Shown here in pieces: positions 45,075-57,566 of a DNA stretch of 64,000 nt; the first letter of the stretch is position 1, and the number at the start of each line of letters is the position of its first letter. The stretch comes from Octopus vulgaris (Eukaryota). The position numbers were made by a program, and so were the translations under genes. The notes under the pieces are model-generated. The model was not told the origin of the DNA and did not search any database. It was given only the letters and a program-made list of their open reading frames with translations. The stretch lies in NCBI GenBank assembly GCA_951406725.2, contig OX597825.1, forward strand, positions 81,034,001 to 81,098,000. Reading direction: 5' to 3'.

Positions 45075-46215
45075 CAAACATTTGATTTTGCCTCTCTTCA
45101 AGACACCACACTTTCTCAGTCCGAACTCCATTCTGATATCAGCACTGAAGGTATACACTGTATCAACGAGGGAGCTGACTTGGGCTTCATATTTACCATA
45201 GAGTTTGAGGTCATCCACGAATAACAAATGGCTGACTTTTTGTTGGCGGCTTTTGAATACATACCCGGCTTTTGCTTTCATTAGAATCAGTGTTAGTGGT
45301 ATCAAGCACCGTACAAAGATCAGTGGGGACAGGCAGTCCCCTTGGAAGATGCCCCTCCTGATTTCTACTGTCCCTAAACTTCTTCCGTATGCTGTCAGGT
45401 CCGTCCTCCAATTCGCCCTATTTTTTTTTCCAAGCAATCGTTCAACATTTTTTGCTGATTTCCTTCACTTCCCTAACTGAAATGATTAGTTCTGTCTGTT
45501 TTGGACAGACTACTGTTTGTTTCAGTTCTTGCAACCATTCAGCATCCTTCTTGTGCTCCTTGTCTTTGCTCCAGATGTCACTCCAAAACCTTTCACCCTC
45601 AACGTTATCTGGTATCAACTTTTCATCTGTACACTCTCCATTTATTTCTTTATAGAATCTCTTCTAATCTACTCTGAATAACCTATTCTGGTGGTAACTC
45701 TTCATAATTTGGTCGTATCTTACCATCTTTGCTTTCTTTGCAACGAGGCACTGTTTCAGTTCCTCCATTACCACTTCCAGCGGCTTTCTTTCAATATTAT
45801 ACTTCCTTTTCAGCGCCCAGAGATTTCCTACGGGAGCATATCTAACCCCGCCTGTATTCTTCTTTTCCACCATGGATCTTTTCTGTTGTCACTCCCATTA
45901 TGTTTCTTTTTCTTGACATCAACACCCAACGTTTTCTGCTACAACAATACTTGCTGCCTTGATCAAATTATTTGTTTCTGTGATGTTGATTTGCTCTGAT
46001 GTATTTCAGAAATTCATTGACATTTTTCGTTTCTTGGTTCAATTTCCATCGATCAACCCTTTTAAGGTGGCAAAGAATGTCGCTATCGTTCTCCTGCAGT
46101 CTTGCCTTTATCCTGTCGTAGATTGCCTTTTTGTTCGTCTGTCATGTCGCCATTAGTTTTATTATCCTCTTTCAGACCATCTAGATATCTCTCCTAAAGT
46201 AAGCTACCACTGCTC
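45075..46215 (-). mobile_element. R4/Dong-clade non-LTR retrotransposon relic (RT), internally deleted
   Basis: IRRGIFQGDCLSPLIF...KVSHLLFVDDLKLYGK...DIRMEFGLRKC; upstream EELKQ..AK..RY...QNRLF; abuts (TTA)n. Confidence 0.85.
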
Positions 46216-46216
46216 C

Positions 46217-46304
<88 letters not shown>

Positions 46305-46333
46305 ATTACTATCATCATCATCAACATCATCGA

Positions 46334-46395
<62 letters not shown>

Positions 46396-47389
46396 GCATC
46401 ACCATCATCATCATCATCATCGTCATCGTCGTCATCGTCGTCGTCGTCGTCATCATTTATTGATTGGTTATGCATTACCATGGTTATTTTTCTTTTCATG
46501 TAATATTTATTTTATTGTGCTTTTATCCTTTTTATTATTTTGTGCTCCGTTTTATGATTTTATTAAAGATAATTACGGTTGGCAATTTAACCATCGAGTA
46601 ACAACTAAATTGGTTGATAATGGAACGGTGCTGGAAGACAAAGGCAACTGAAAATATTCAGCCACAGATCAAATACGGACAACTAAAGGGAAAAAAAAAA
46701 TGTTTATTAAACTACAAACCACGATTGACTAAACTATAACAATGTACTAAACAGATCCATTTACTAACAAGTAAATCGTCAGAACATTACACGAATGGAG
46801 TTTGCTCGAAAACAGACAGACAGACAGACAGACAGACAGAAACACAGACAACCGTACACACTGACATACGTCTATGCATGCATACGTAAATACAGACGTA
46901 CATGCATGATATATAATATACATACATACGTACATACATACATGCATAAATACATACATACGTACATACAGACATACATAACATATATAACATACATAAT
47001 ATATACATACATACATGCTACATACATACATACATAAATACATACATACATACATACATACGTACATACATACATATATGCATACATGCGTACATAACAT
47101 ACATAACATACATACATATATACTTACATATATGCATACATACACACGTACATGCATACATACATAACATACAAATATAACATACATAAGTACATTCATG
47201 CATACATATATACATACATAACATACATACATACATTCATTCATGCATATATACTTACATACATGCATACTTACATACATACGTACATGCATACATACTT
47301 ACATACATATGTAACATATTTAATGCATAACATACATATATAACATACATACATACATACATACATACATACATACATACATACATACA

Positions 47390-47423
<34 letters not shown>

Positions 47424-48240
47424 CTTATATACATGCTTACATGCATTCATGCGAAGGGGTGCGAAAGAGTTCCTGGCTTTGGGTATACATTCTGTAAGCG
47501 GAACAGTAAAAATATACAAGACTTTTCTCAAGTTTAAAATCTGACATTGTTTTCGTTATCTACATTTCAACGATTGAGCCCTTGTATCTTTGTGGAAACC
47601 AGGTCCTTCCTCGGAAGAAAAATTCAAATACTTAAAAGCAGAAAAGGACATACATACAACTTTACATACAGACAAACAGACAGAGAGCTAATCTAAATTC
47701 TATCATTCACATACAAGCAATCAATTTATAATTATTCTGATAATTAGTTATTCATGACGTCTCGTGACTCAGTCACTGGATTAACACAGTCTTGACATTT
47801 GATGCAGTTACTGTCTTGACCAATTGCGCAGACATAATGCGCATGCACATTTGTTAATCATGGCAAATTCATTGAACTTGCTGGTCTTAACTTTTGGCAT
47901 AAAAATCGTTCATACAGTGAAATTACCTAATCAAATAACATTTTAATTGACAGCTGTTTGAGCCATGATCTTTCCACAAATAGAAACGAGTATCCAAACA
48001 CAGGTCTGAGTCAAGACAAATGCAGCATAACACCAGGTTTCCTCATCTCCCCCGAGTTTTGAAAATCATGAAATTTCGAAACTGGTTAGGTTAATGTAAA
48101 AAAAAATCTTCTTAAAGATTCCAAACACATTCTCAGATTGTTTCTTTTTAAATTTACTCGTGCGTAGAAACTTATGTTTTTGCAAGTCTATATGTATATA
48201 TGTCATTATTCAGCTTATTTCAAGATTTCTTGCAAATAGA

Positions 48241-48289
48241 GAAAGAACCGGTTTCTAACCTAGATCCAAGGCTCCTTCATTGGAATTTC
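48241..48289 (-). ncRNA. Degenerate hammerhead motif with ACCGGU stem III
   Basis: CCAAUGA AGG AGCC-UUGGAUCUA-GGUU A GAA ACCGGU U; core mutated. Confidence 0.45.
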
Positions 48290-48454
48290 AACAACAACAA
48301 CAGGATATTTTTGATTGTTTGTATGTATGTATGTATGTATGTATGTATGTACGTATGTATGTATGTATGTATATATGTACAGATTTGTATGTTTTACGTA
48401 TGTATTCTCATGCATATACTTGCATATCTAGACATGCTCATATATATTTAAATA

Positions 48455-48947
48455 ATAAAAATCTGGAAAGTTGCTGGAGGCATGTTTGGCATCGTCTTGG
48501 TTTTTTTAAGCATTTCTCACGCAAGAAGTTGTCGAAATGCTTGTAAAAAGTGGTAATCGGTAGGCGAAAGGTCTGGTGAATATGGCGGATGAGGCAGAGT
48601 TTCGTAGCCCAATTCGTTCAACTTCTGCAGGATCAGTTGTGCAAGGTGCGGTCGAGCGTTGTCGTGGAGAAGAATTGGTCCTTTTCTTTTGACCAATGCT
48701 GGCTGTTGTTGTCGGAGTTTCTTATGTATTTAATCCATTTGCTGACAGTACTTCTCCGCCGTAATGGTTTCGCCTGGATCCAAAAAGCTGTGATGGATGA
48801 GACCGACCGCAGACTACCAAACAGTCACCATGACCTTCTTTTGGTGCAACTTTCGCTTCGGAAGTGCCGTGGAGCTTCGTCGGAGTCCAACCACTGAGCT
48901 GAGCGTCGCCAGTTGTCGTAAAGAATCCACTTTACATCGCAAGAACT
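48455..48947 (-). mobile_element. Mariner (DD34D) transposase catalytic-domain relic
   Basis: CDVKWILYDN, GPILLHDNARPH, PPYSPDLSPTDYH; frameshifted. Confidence 0.92.
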
Positions 48948-50339
48948 TTCTTGACAACCTAATATGTATGTATGTGTGAGTGTGTGTGTGTATGTTTGCA
49001 GCATAAGTGAAATAAAATAAGAAAGGAACAAGATGTTAACTCCTAAATAATTTAAAATCAAGTGGTGCTTATTTCATCCGATATAACATGATCGCTACGA
49101 ATGCATGGTGTCTAGTGCAAAACGTGGTAACAACACGCCATTATCATCACTTCATTCATAAGATGAGGACGAGAAGGGATTGAACCTGAAATGTTTGTGG
49201 ACTTCGGAACTTTATTACTCCACGCTAAACATAAAGGAACAGTTTAAAGATATGAAAAATCCTTTTATAAAGTATTAATTTTGAACACAAAAAGTGTCTT
49301 TATAACAACACAAACCATAGCGCACGCACACACACGCGCGCGCGCGCGCATATATGTGTGTGTGTGTGATTGTTCTGTTATACGTAGCTTTAGTTTCTGT
49401 ACCCTCTTTACAGTAATATTATCATTTTCATATGAGAACGAGGCTAGATATTGAGCAGGAAGTGGGCAACAGAATAAATCAACCATTTTATTTTATTTTA
49501 TCGACCCCAGAAGGATGAAAGGCAAAACTGACGCCGACAAAATTTGATCACAGAACTTAAAGAGCTGGACTAAATAACGCAAGACTGCAAATCCACCGCG
49601 TTTTGCTTTAATAAAATACAATAAAATAGAGAGAACGATAAATTTCTTTCACGGCCACAATCTTACGTGACATCCGGCTTTGCTGCTTCTTTGCTCCGTG
49701 TTTGATAGCGAAAAGAGGCGAACATATTTTATTTCAGTCGTTGGCTAAGCTTTAACTAGACACCATTAAAAAGAAATAAATACATACACGGCAAGAAATA
49801 GCGGAAAATGGAGAGAAAAGAAGAGGATGTGGAAGCGGTTGACATGAAGAAGTGAGACATAAATCACAGATTGTTAGTCTAAAAGTTGGGATGAAAAATC
49901 ATGGAAAAACAATCGGTTATAAATTACATCAAACAAATATTGATCTTGTTTTTGTTGTTGTTTGATATTGATTGCATTTATTGTGTTTTTAAAAGAGAGA
50001 AAAATGGGAATTTTTGAGTTCCATATTTTTTTCTTGTCAACTATTAAATATTTTCCAAGTTATTAGCGTTATTAAGAACTATCATTTAGTTTCGACCATC
50101 GATCGTTTGAGGTTTGCGGGAAGCCTGCCGTTTCGTCTTTCGTCTCTGGTATTTCCCCCATAAAATGCAATAAATAATTTTGACTAAACTCAAGGTTTTC
50201 AGAAGCGAAATGTCGTAGCAGTCATGCATTTATTTTGATCCTTTGTGACTCAATTGAAATGTAATCACTGCTCGGTTAGTTTCGAGATCTCGTAGACTAC
50301 GCAACACAATAAGTTTTCATTGCGTTATAATATCTAGTT

Positions 50340-50795
50340 CTTTATTACCCACAAAGGGCAAAAACATAGAGGGGACTAACAAGGACACACAAAGGGATTA
50401 AGTCGATTACATCGATCCCAGTGCGTAACTATTACTTGTTTAATCGATCCCGAAAGGATGAAAGGCAAAGTCGATCTTGGTAGAATTTGAACTCAGTACG
50501 TAATGGCAGACGAAATACTGCTAAGCTTTTCGCCCGGGCTGCTAACGATTCTGCCAGTTCGCCGCCTTCATTTTATTATAATATCCTTTAGGCACAAGAC
50601 CCGAAATTTATGGGGTGGGGGGACCAGTCGATTAGATCAACTCCAGTACACAACTGGTACTTAATTTATTGACCCCGAAAGGATGAAAGGCAAAGTCGAC
50701 TTTGATGGAATTTGAACTCAGAACGTAACGACAGATGAAATATCGCTAAAGCTTTTCGCCCGGCGTGCTGACGTTTCTGCCATCTCGCGCCTTCA
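50340..50795 (-). mobile_element. Two tandem SINE family B copies
   Basis: Two successive reverse family B cores (about 50340-50570 and 50585-50795). Confidence 0.88.
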
Positions 50796-50919
50796 TTGCA
50801 TTATAATACATTGCAGACTTAACATACAGTGATTGCTTGAAATAAAAAAGGAAACATCGTGCAACATTGGCGCGGAGATCAAGCATCACCCATTAGCACC
50901 CCACAAAAAATTTCTTATT

Positions 50920-51285
50920 TAGGTTCTGAACTCAAATCCTGCCGTGGCCAACTATACCTTCCATCCTTTCGAGGACGATAAAATAAAGTGCTAACCAAGT
51001 ACAGGATGTGGCGAAACCGATTAGATCCCTCTTCTCAAAACTGCTGACCTCTTGCGTAAATCTAAAACCGTTTTATGAGTGGAATGTTTAGAGCGTCGAA
51101 CAAAATGCCTCGCAGTATTTTTTCGTCTTTTCGCTCTGAGTTCAAAACACGCCAGTTTCAACTTTGTCTGTTGTCCCTTTTTCTGAATCGATAAAACAAA
51201 ATACCCGTGAAGTACAGCGGTCGGTGTAATTAACTCGACCACCCTTCTCACAAACCCGCTGGCTTTGTGCCTTCATTAGAAAGCA
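50920..51285 (+). mobile_element. Two diverged SINE family B copies
   Basis: GTTCTGAACTCAAATCC...CCATCCTTTCGAGGACGATAAA and a second core near 51135. Confidence 0.65.
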
Positions 51286-51307
51286 GTATATATACATACA
51301 TACATAC

Positions 51308-51372
<65 letters not shown>

Positions 51373-51438
51373 TTACAAGATAAATGTGTGCTGGCCATTG
51401 ATAAAATTTTTTTCCCGAAAGAAATTTTATCCTATATC

Positions 51439-51558
<120 letters not shown>

Positions 51559-51855
51559 TTGTAAGATCTTACACAGAATGGGTTGAAGTTCCAGTGTAAA
51601 AGAAATATCGATCAATTATCGGCCTGTCTTTTTTTCTTTCTGAAAGAAGGAAATGAGGAAAATGTCAATAAATAAATAAATGAATAAATATATAAATAGA
51701 ATGCAGAGAAGATTGATTGGAATAAATGGTGGATCAGAGAACTAAATGCTTATTTCATTCGACCCTTGGGGGTAGGAAATGAAAATTGACTTTAATGACA
51801 TTTGATCTCAGAGTATAAAAGGACATTACGAATGCGCGCGCGTCTGCTTGCGCGG

Positions 51856-51931
<76 letters not shown>

Positions 51932-51947
51932 ACACACACACACACAC

Positions 51948-52186
51948 ATCGTTGTTATTATGCAAAAGTGTCGTAAGTCCAAAACGTTGCTTATTCAGGA
52001 AACGAGAAAATAGTTTCACCATTCCATAGCAAAACTTTGACACTTTTTGATATCTTAGGATCTGAAGCAGATGAAGATTCGATAGTTTGACCAAAAGAAC
52101 CGGCTATTGCAAGCAAAAATAAATATTGAAAAGAAAACGCATTTGGTCAAATTTGGACATATGAGAGTTTAACATAAAAAAACGAC
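51948..52186. mobile_element. MITE-like element (copy 2) with imperfect TIRs
   Basis: Left CGTT..TTATGCAAAAGTGTCGTAAGTCCAAA versus right (rc) CGTTTTTTATGTTAAACTCTCATATGTCCAAA; second copy at 35779. Confidence 0.75.
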
Positions 52187-52290
52187 ATATATATATATAT
52201 ATCGTTTTTATTATATATGTATATATTATGTATGTATATCTATCTATCTATATATATATATATATATACATATATATATAAACACACACA

Positions 52291-52390
<100 letters not shown>

Positions 52391-53121
52391 CATGCATATA
52401 TAGGTGGTTTTTACATTAAGGTGGTTTTAGAGTCAGATCATGGCTGCTATTTTCAGCATGGTGGTATCTCGTAGATACCCTAATTTTATAATTATATATA
52501 TATATATTATGAGGTTAATTAGTTAGGGATGACATCGGCATAGAACACAAACAGTGAAGTCACAATTTCAAAAACCTTTTCCCATGTCTGATATTGCAAC
52601 GCCCAAGGTGACATGCAAAGTGCTATCACGGTGTTTACGTCTTCAGTGCATGCTGGGGCGGGTGTCCTTTGATTAATCAAACATTTTTTTTTTTTTTTTG
52701 GTGGGGGGTTATCTTCATTAAGTGCTATATCAAGCCCTACTCCACCTTGATAACACAAATATCATTACGTGAGTCATTCTTTATCTATCGTTTAGTGGAA
52801 TCGGCGATGATCGCTACACGAGAGCAGTTACCTACTTAGGCCTGCCCTGATCTGATAAACTTGAACACTGGATCTCTCTGGTATAGGAGGACAAAGTTTT
52901 CTTCGGTTACACTACAAATAATTAAATATGTCTGCGTGTTTAAGAAGGTCACATTCCAGCCACGTGGTTTCCAGTGCGCAAACCTACTGCGTGACACTTA
53001 GAGCAAATCTCCTACACTATAGCCATAGGCCGACATACCAATGCCTCATGAATGAATTTGCTAGACAGAAATTGCGGTGAAGCCCGCGGTCTTCCCTTCC
53101 TTGGATCTTTCCTTTTTCTAT

Positions 53122-53156
53122 GTTTCTGACGAAGAGCTCTGCTCCAAACGTTAAAT
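53122..53156 (+). ncRNA. Minimal type I hammerhead motif with G12C substitution
   Basis: GUUU CUGACGA A GAGC-UCU-GCUC CAA ACGU U AAAU. Confidence 0.65.
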
Positions 53157-53274
53157 CCGCTTTCTTTCATTCCTTTCCTGAGTGTCCAATAACACTATAC
53201 TTGTTCCACGTACCTTCGCGTTGTTGTGTTTTCATGTTTGCATTAACTATATATATATGTATGTGTGTGTGTGA

Positions 53275-53356
<82 letters not shown>

Positions 53357-53357
53357 T

Positions 53358-53433
<76 letters not shown>

Positions 53434-53440
<7 letters not shown>

Positions 53441-53750
53441 GTCTGGGGAGAGTTGTTCTCTTTTAGTGGTTTATTATTTAACACACTCGCCGGTTCAGTT
53501 TCCACTCATTTACTTATTCATTCTTTTCTAAAATTTTCGTTGCGTGTTGCAACCTTTGACTATTGAAAAGGTTGCAAGATGCAACGAAAATTTTCGGAAA
53601 ATTAAATAAGTAAATGAGTGGAAACTGAACCGGTGAGTGTGTTAAATAATAAGGCACCAAAAGAGAACAACTCTCCCCAGACACAACAAAATATGCTTCA
53701 ACACACGAACCCACATGAAGAATCTTGCAAACCAAATCCAAAAACGAAAT
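53434..53750. mobile_element. Fold-back Penelope-like insert, arms of about 123 bp
   Basis: 53434-53557 inverted against 53567-53689; microsatellite flanks. Confidence 0.85.
53560..53596 (+). ncRNA. Minimal type I hammerhead motif with U3-A8 core
   Basis: CUA UUGAAAA G GUUGC-AAGAU-GCAAC GAA AAUU U UCG (UAG in the other arm). Confidence 0.65.
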
Positions 53751-54128
53751 ATACATACATACATACATACATACATACACACATACATACATACACACAC
53801 ACATACATACACATACATACATACATACATACATACATACATACATACATACATACATACATACATACATACATACATACATACATACATACATACATAC
53901 ATACATACATACATACATACATACATACATACATACATACATACATACATACATACAAGAGAGTTGTGGCGTGCCCCATTAATGCTGCTACTCAGTGGTT
54001 TGGTTGGCTGTCCGGGTTGAGGAGGGGTGTCCTGCTAGTCGGTCTTCTATGGCGATCGGGTGTCCGTACTAGGCTCGGCATCAATATGGTGCTGGAGAAT
54101 AACTGTTGCTTAACCAGCTTCTCACACC

Positions 54129-54176
54129 GTCTCTGATGAAGGGATATATAAAGTATCCCAGAAACAGCTGTAAGAC
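54129..54176 (+). ncRNA. Minimal type I hammerhead ribozyme, canonical core
   Basis: GUCU CUGAUGA A GGGAUA-UAUAAAG-UAUCCC A GAA ACAGCUGU A AGAC; predicted cleavage after GUA at 54172. Confidence 0.85.
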
Positions 54177-54414
54177 CTTCTATCTATAAATGTTCTGAAA
54201 TCTTTCACAGCCTTGGATTTTTATCTCATTCTGATTATTTTGTCATATATACACCTGCTGATATATGGCCGACGTTGGACTCTTCGTTCGCATAATCACC
54301 GAACCTGGAGCTTAACTATAGTTTGTCCTAAGCACTTAATCAGCATTACCTGACAGCTTTGGGTCTTATTGACACCATTACCTCTTCTAATCTCACTCTC
54401 TCTCTTTATATATA

Positions 54415-54539
<125 letters not shown>

Positions 54540-54883
54540 TCATGGGGGATGTATGTACATATATATACATATGTTAATAAATAAAGAAATATATATATAT
54601 ACATATGTGTGTGTGTGTGTGTGTTCGCGCGTGTCCTCTGTGTGTGTGTGTTTGTATGGATGTGTTTGCACGAGCGTTCATATTGTTCCCAAGTCTCTCC
54701 TACAAAAGACAAATTGAAGCAGTGACCTGCAAGAAGACAGTAAATTCAATTCCGCACTTCTCCTCACCACTCTCTCTCCAACCTTTCTCTCCCTCCCTCC
54801 CTCTCTCTCTCTTCCTCTCTCTCCTTCTCTCTTTCACGCTCTCTCTAATTCCCTTAAGTTATTTATCGCTTTATTTTTAAAAT

Positions 54884-55137
54884 CATTTTACTTGTTTCTG
54901 TCATTAGACTGTGGCCATGCTGGGGCACCGCCTTGAAGAATTTTTAGCCGAATGAATCGACTCCAGTGCTTATTCTTTTAAAGTCGGGTTCTTACTCTAT
55001 CTTTTCTGTTGCCGAACCGCTAAGTTGCGAAGACGTAAACACACCAACACCAGTTGTTAAGCGGTGGTGAGGGAAAACACACACACACACACACACTCAC
55101 GCACACACACACACACACAGACACAGACACAGACACA

Positions 55138-55185
<48 letters not shown>

Positions 55186-55535
55186 CACACACAGACACAC
55201 AGACACAGACACACAGACACAGACACAGACACAGACACAGACACACACACACACACACAGACACACAGACACACAGACACACAGACACAGACACAGACAC
55301 AGACACAGACACACACACAGACACACAGACACACAGACACACAGACACACGCACACACACGCACACACACACACAGACACAGACACACACACACATACAC
55401 ACACACACACATACGACGTGCTTCATTCAGTTTCCCTTTACCAAATCCACTTATAAGTCATTGGCCGGTCCGAGGTTAGAGTAGAAGCCACTCGTCCAAG
55501 GTGCCGCGCAGTGGGACTGAACCCGGAACCATGTG
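54884..55535 (-). mobile_element. SINE family A with expanded internal (CA)/(CAGACA) repeat
   Basis: Both conserved halves flank about 335 bp of microsatellite. Confidence 0.88.
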
Positions 55536-55847
55536 TCTGGGAAGCCACTGAGATTGAATTTTATTTTATTTAATTTCCTCGCGTTCGGCATAACATACTA
55601 CAGCATACTGCAGCCGTCACTCGCAAGCGAGGGCGACCCGCTGGTGGCATGTCACGTGATTTTCACTAAATGTCTCAGGTGCTTGTCGAGTGGCGACATA
55701 GACAGCCTAGTGGTCCTTACATCCAGTTGGACATCCAGGGTGTGACACCTAGAGGAGACAGAAGGAGGCACCAGCACTGATTACTGAATAAACTGGGGTA
55801 GCATGAAGCGAATTACCTTACTCAAAGACAACACGTCGTCCGAGAAA

Positions 55848-56287
55848 TTTTTTTTTTCACGTGAGTTCCAGACCCCAGGACTGAACTCATTTGCATACAG
55901 CCAATCAGAGCTCGCCTAGTTATGCCTGATTTTAGAAGCAGACAAGTACTTAGATAAATTTGCATATCGGATTTTGTTAGGGCCCCATATGGTAAAGATG
56001 GGGATGAGAAAAATGTGGGTAGAGGGTGATGTGCTAGCAATCCTGTCCCCTTAGTGTTTTACAAAGTAAACAACAACACAAATAACTACGCAGAGACAGC
56101 CATGGTTGAAACAAGAACAAGAACAACGAGAGAAAAGCGGCATGGCCATTCCTTACCCAGGTGATCTTATCTTATCACCCATCACTTGTTATGCGCTCAT
56201 AAGTTAGTTTGATAGTTGAGCTATGATTGGCTGTATGCAAATGAGTTCATAACCGGGGTCCAGAACTCCCGTGAAAAAAAAAAAAAA
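55848..56287. mobile_element. MITE-like element with inverted arms of about 70 bp
   Basis: 55848-55913 inverted against 56218-56287. Confidence 0.75.
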
Positions 56288-56672
56288 CAACTTCGTGTCC
56301 CATCCAGAAATTGAACTTGCAGAATTAGGATGGTGAGCCGAACACACTTAACTAACGCATCTTTACCAACAAAATAGACACAGCAATAAGATATAAAGTT
56401 ATCTCCCCTAACCACTCGGCTATACATGTTGCGCAACAGAGCAGATAGCAAATTATTATCTCGAGTCCTGGGACTCAGTTACTCAGTTTCCTTGGTTGTA
56501 AGGGGAAACTGATTGTAATATTATCTCTGAGCGGGGCATCAGTCCGTCTCGGGAATACTCATGTAGAGCCTAGTGGAGTCGAACAGTGCGAAATGGAGTG
56601 TTGTGCTGAAGAATACAACGCGTCACCCGTCCACAAATCGAAACCATAATCTTGCATAGATCCCTTACATAT

Positions 56673-56838
56673 AGGCCCGGGCGCGGCTGTGTGGTAAGAA
56701 GCTTCCTTTCCAACCACATGGTTCCGGGTTCAGTCCCAGTGCGTGGCACTTGGACAAGTGTCTTCTACTATATAGCCTCGGACCGACCAAAGCCTTGTGA
56801 GTGGATTTGGTAGACGGAAACTGAAAGAAGCCCGTCGT
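56673..56838 (+). mobile_element. SINE family A 5' half
   Basis: Well-preserved head and body. Confidence 0.88.
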
Positions 56839-56839
56839 G

Positions 56840-56906
<67 letters not shown>

Positions 56907-57134
56907 GTAAGTGTATTTATTTGACACTTTATCTGGCACAACTGGGCCACCATGTAGTTCACGTTACCTGCTGGAAATTGTGGCCTAATCTCCTTCAAAT
57001 CTTACAATGTCATTTTAAGAATGTAAAGAACACCTTAAATAATGCAAAACGAGATGGTCACAACTAGAACGACTTTGGTGATAGATCAACTTGATTGTGA
57101 TAGGTGTAGGCTTACAGTAGCAGCAGCAGCAAGT

Positions 57135-57526
57135 GGAGGCGCATTGGCCCAGTGGTTAGGGAAGCGGACTCGCGGTCGGAGGATCGCGGTTTCGATTCCC
57201 AGACCGGGCGTTGTGTGTGCTTATTGAGCGAAAACACCTAAAGCTCCACGACGCTCCAGCAGGGGGTGGTGGCGATCCCTGTTGTACTCTTTCGCTTCAA
57301 CTTTCTCTCACTCTTTCTTCCCGTTTCTTGTCCCCGACGTCCTACGCAACCGCTGAACCTGGATGCGCATTCATCCATCTGTCGATGCTCTCGGTGTTGG
57401 GAGTTGACCTGCTCTCTCTTCTGCGGGTCTTACAAATAGCAAAGGACCACGTTTCGGACTTCTCCCACTCGCGATCTTGCGAGCTCTGGGACGAAGACCG
57501 CTTCGCTCAACAAACAAACAAACAAA
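57135..57526 (+). mobile_element. Full-length tRNA-derived SINE family C
   Basis: A box TGGCCCAGTGG, B box GTTTCGATTCC, (CAAA)n tail. Confidence 0.88.
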
Positions 57527-57534
57527 GCAGTAGC

Positions 57535-57566
<32 letters not shown>

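Noticed and set aside
48455-48947. SETMAR-like host gene
   Set aside because: Frameshifted, truncated transposase only; no SET domain.
49160-49200. AGG-GAUUGAA-CCU GAAAUGU hammerhead-like 3' half (similar weak cases near 30945, 36975 and 57970)
   Set aside because: Core or stems too degenerate to separate from chance.
57135-57210. tRNA gene (also 2613-2685)
   Set aside because: No proper acceptor stem; continues into a repeated SINE body with multiple copies or a tail.
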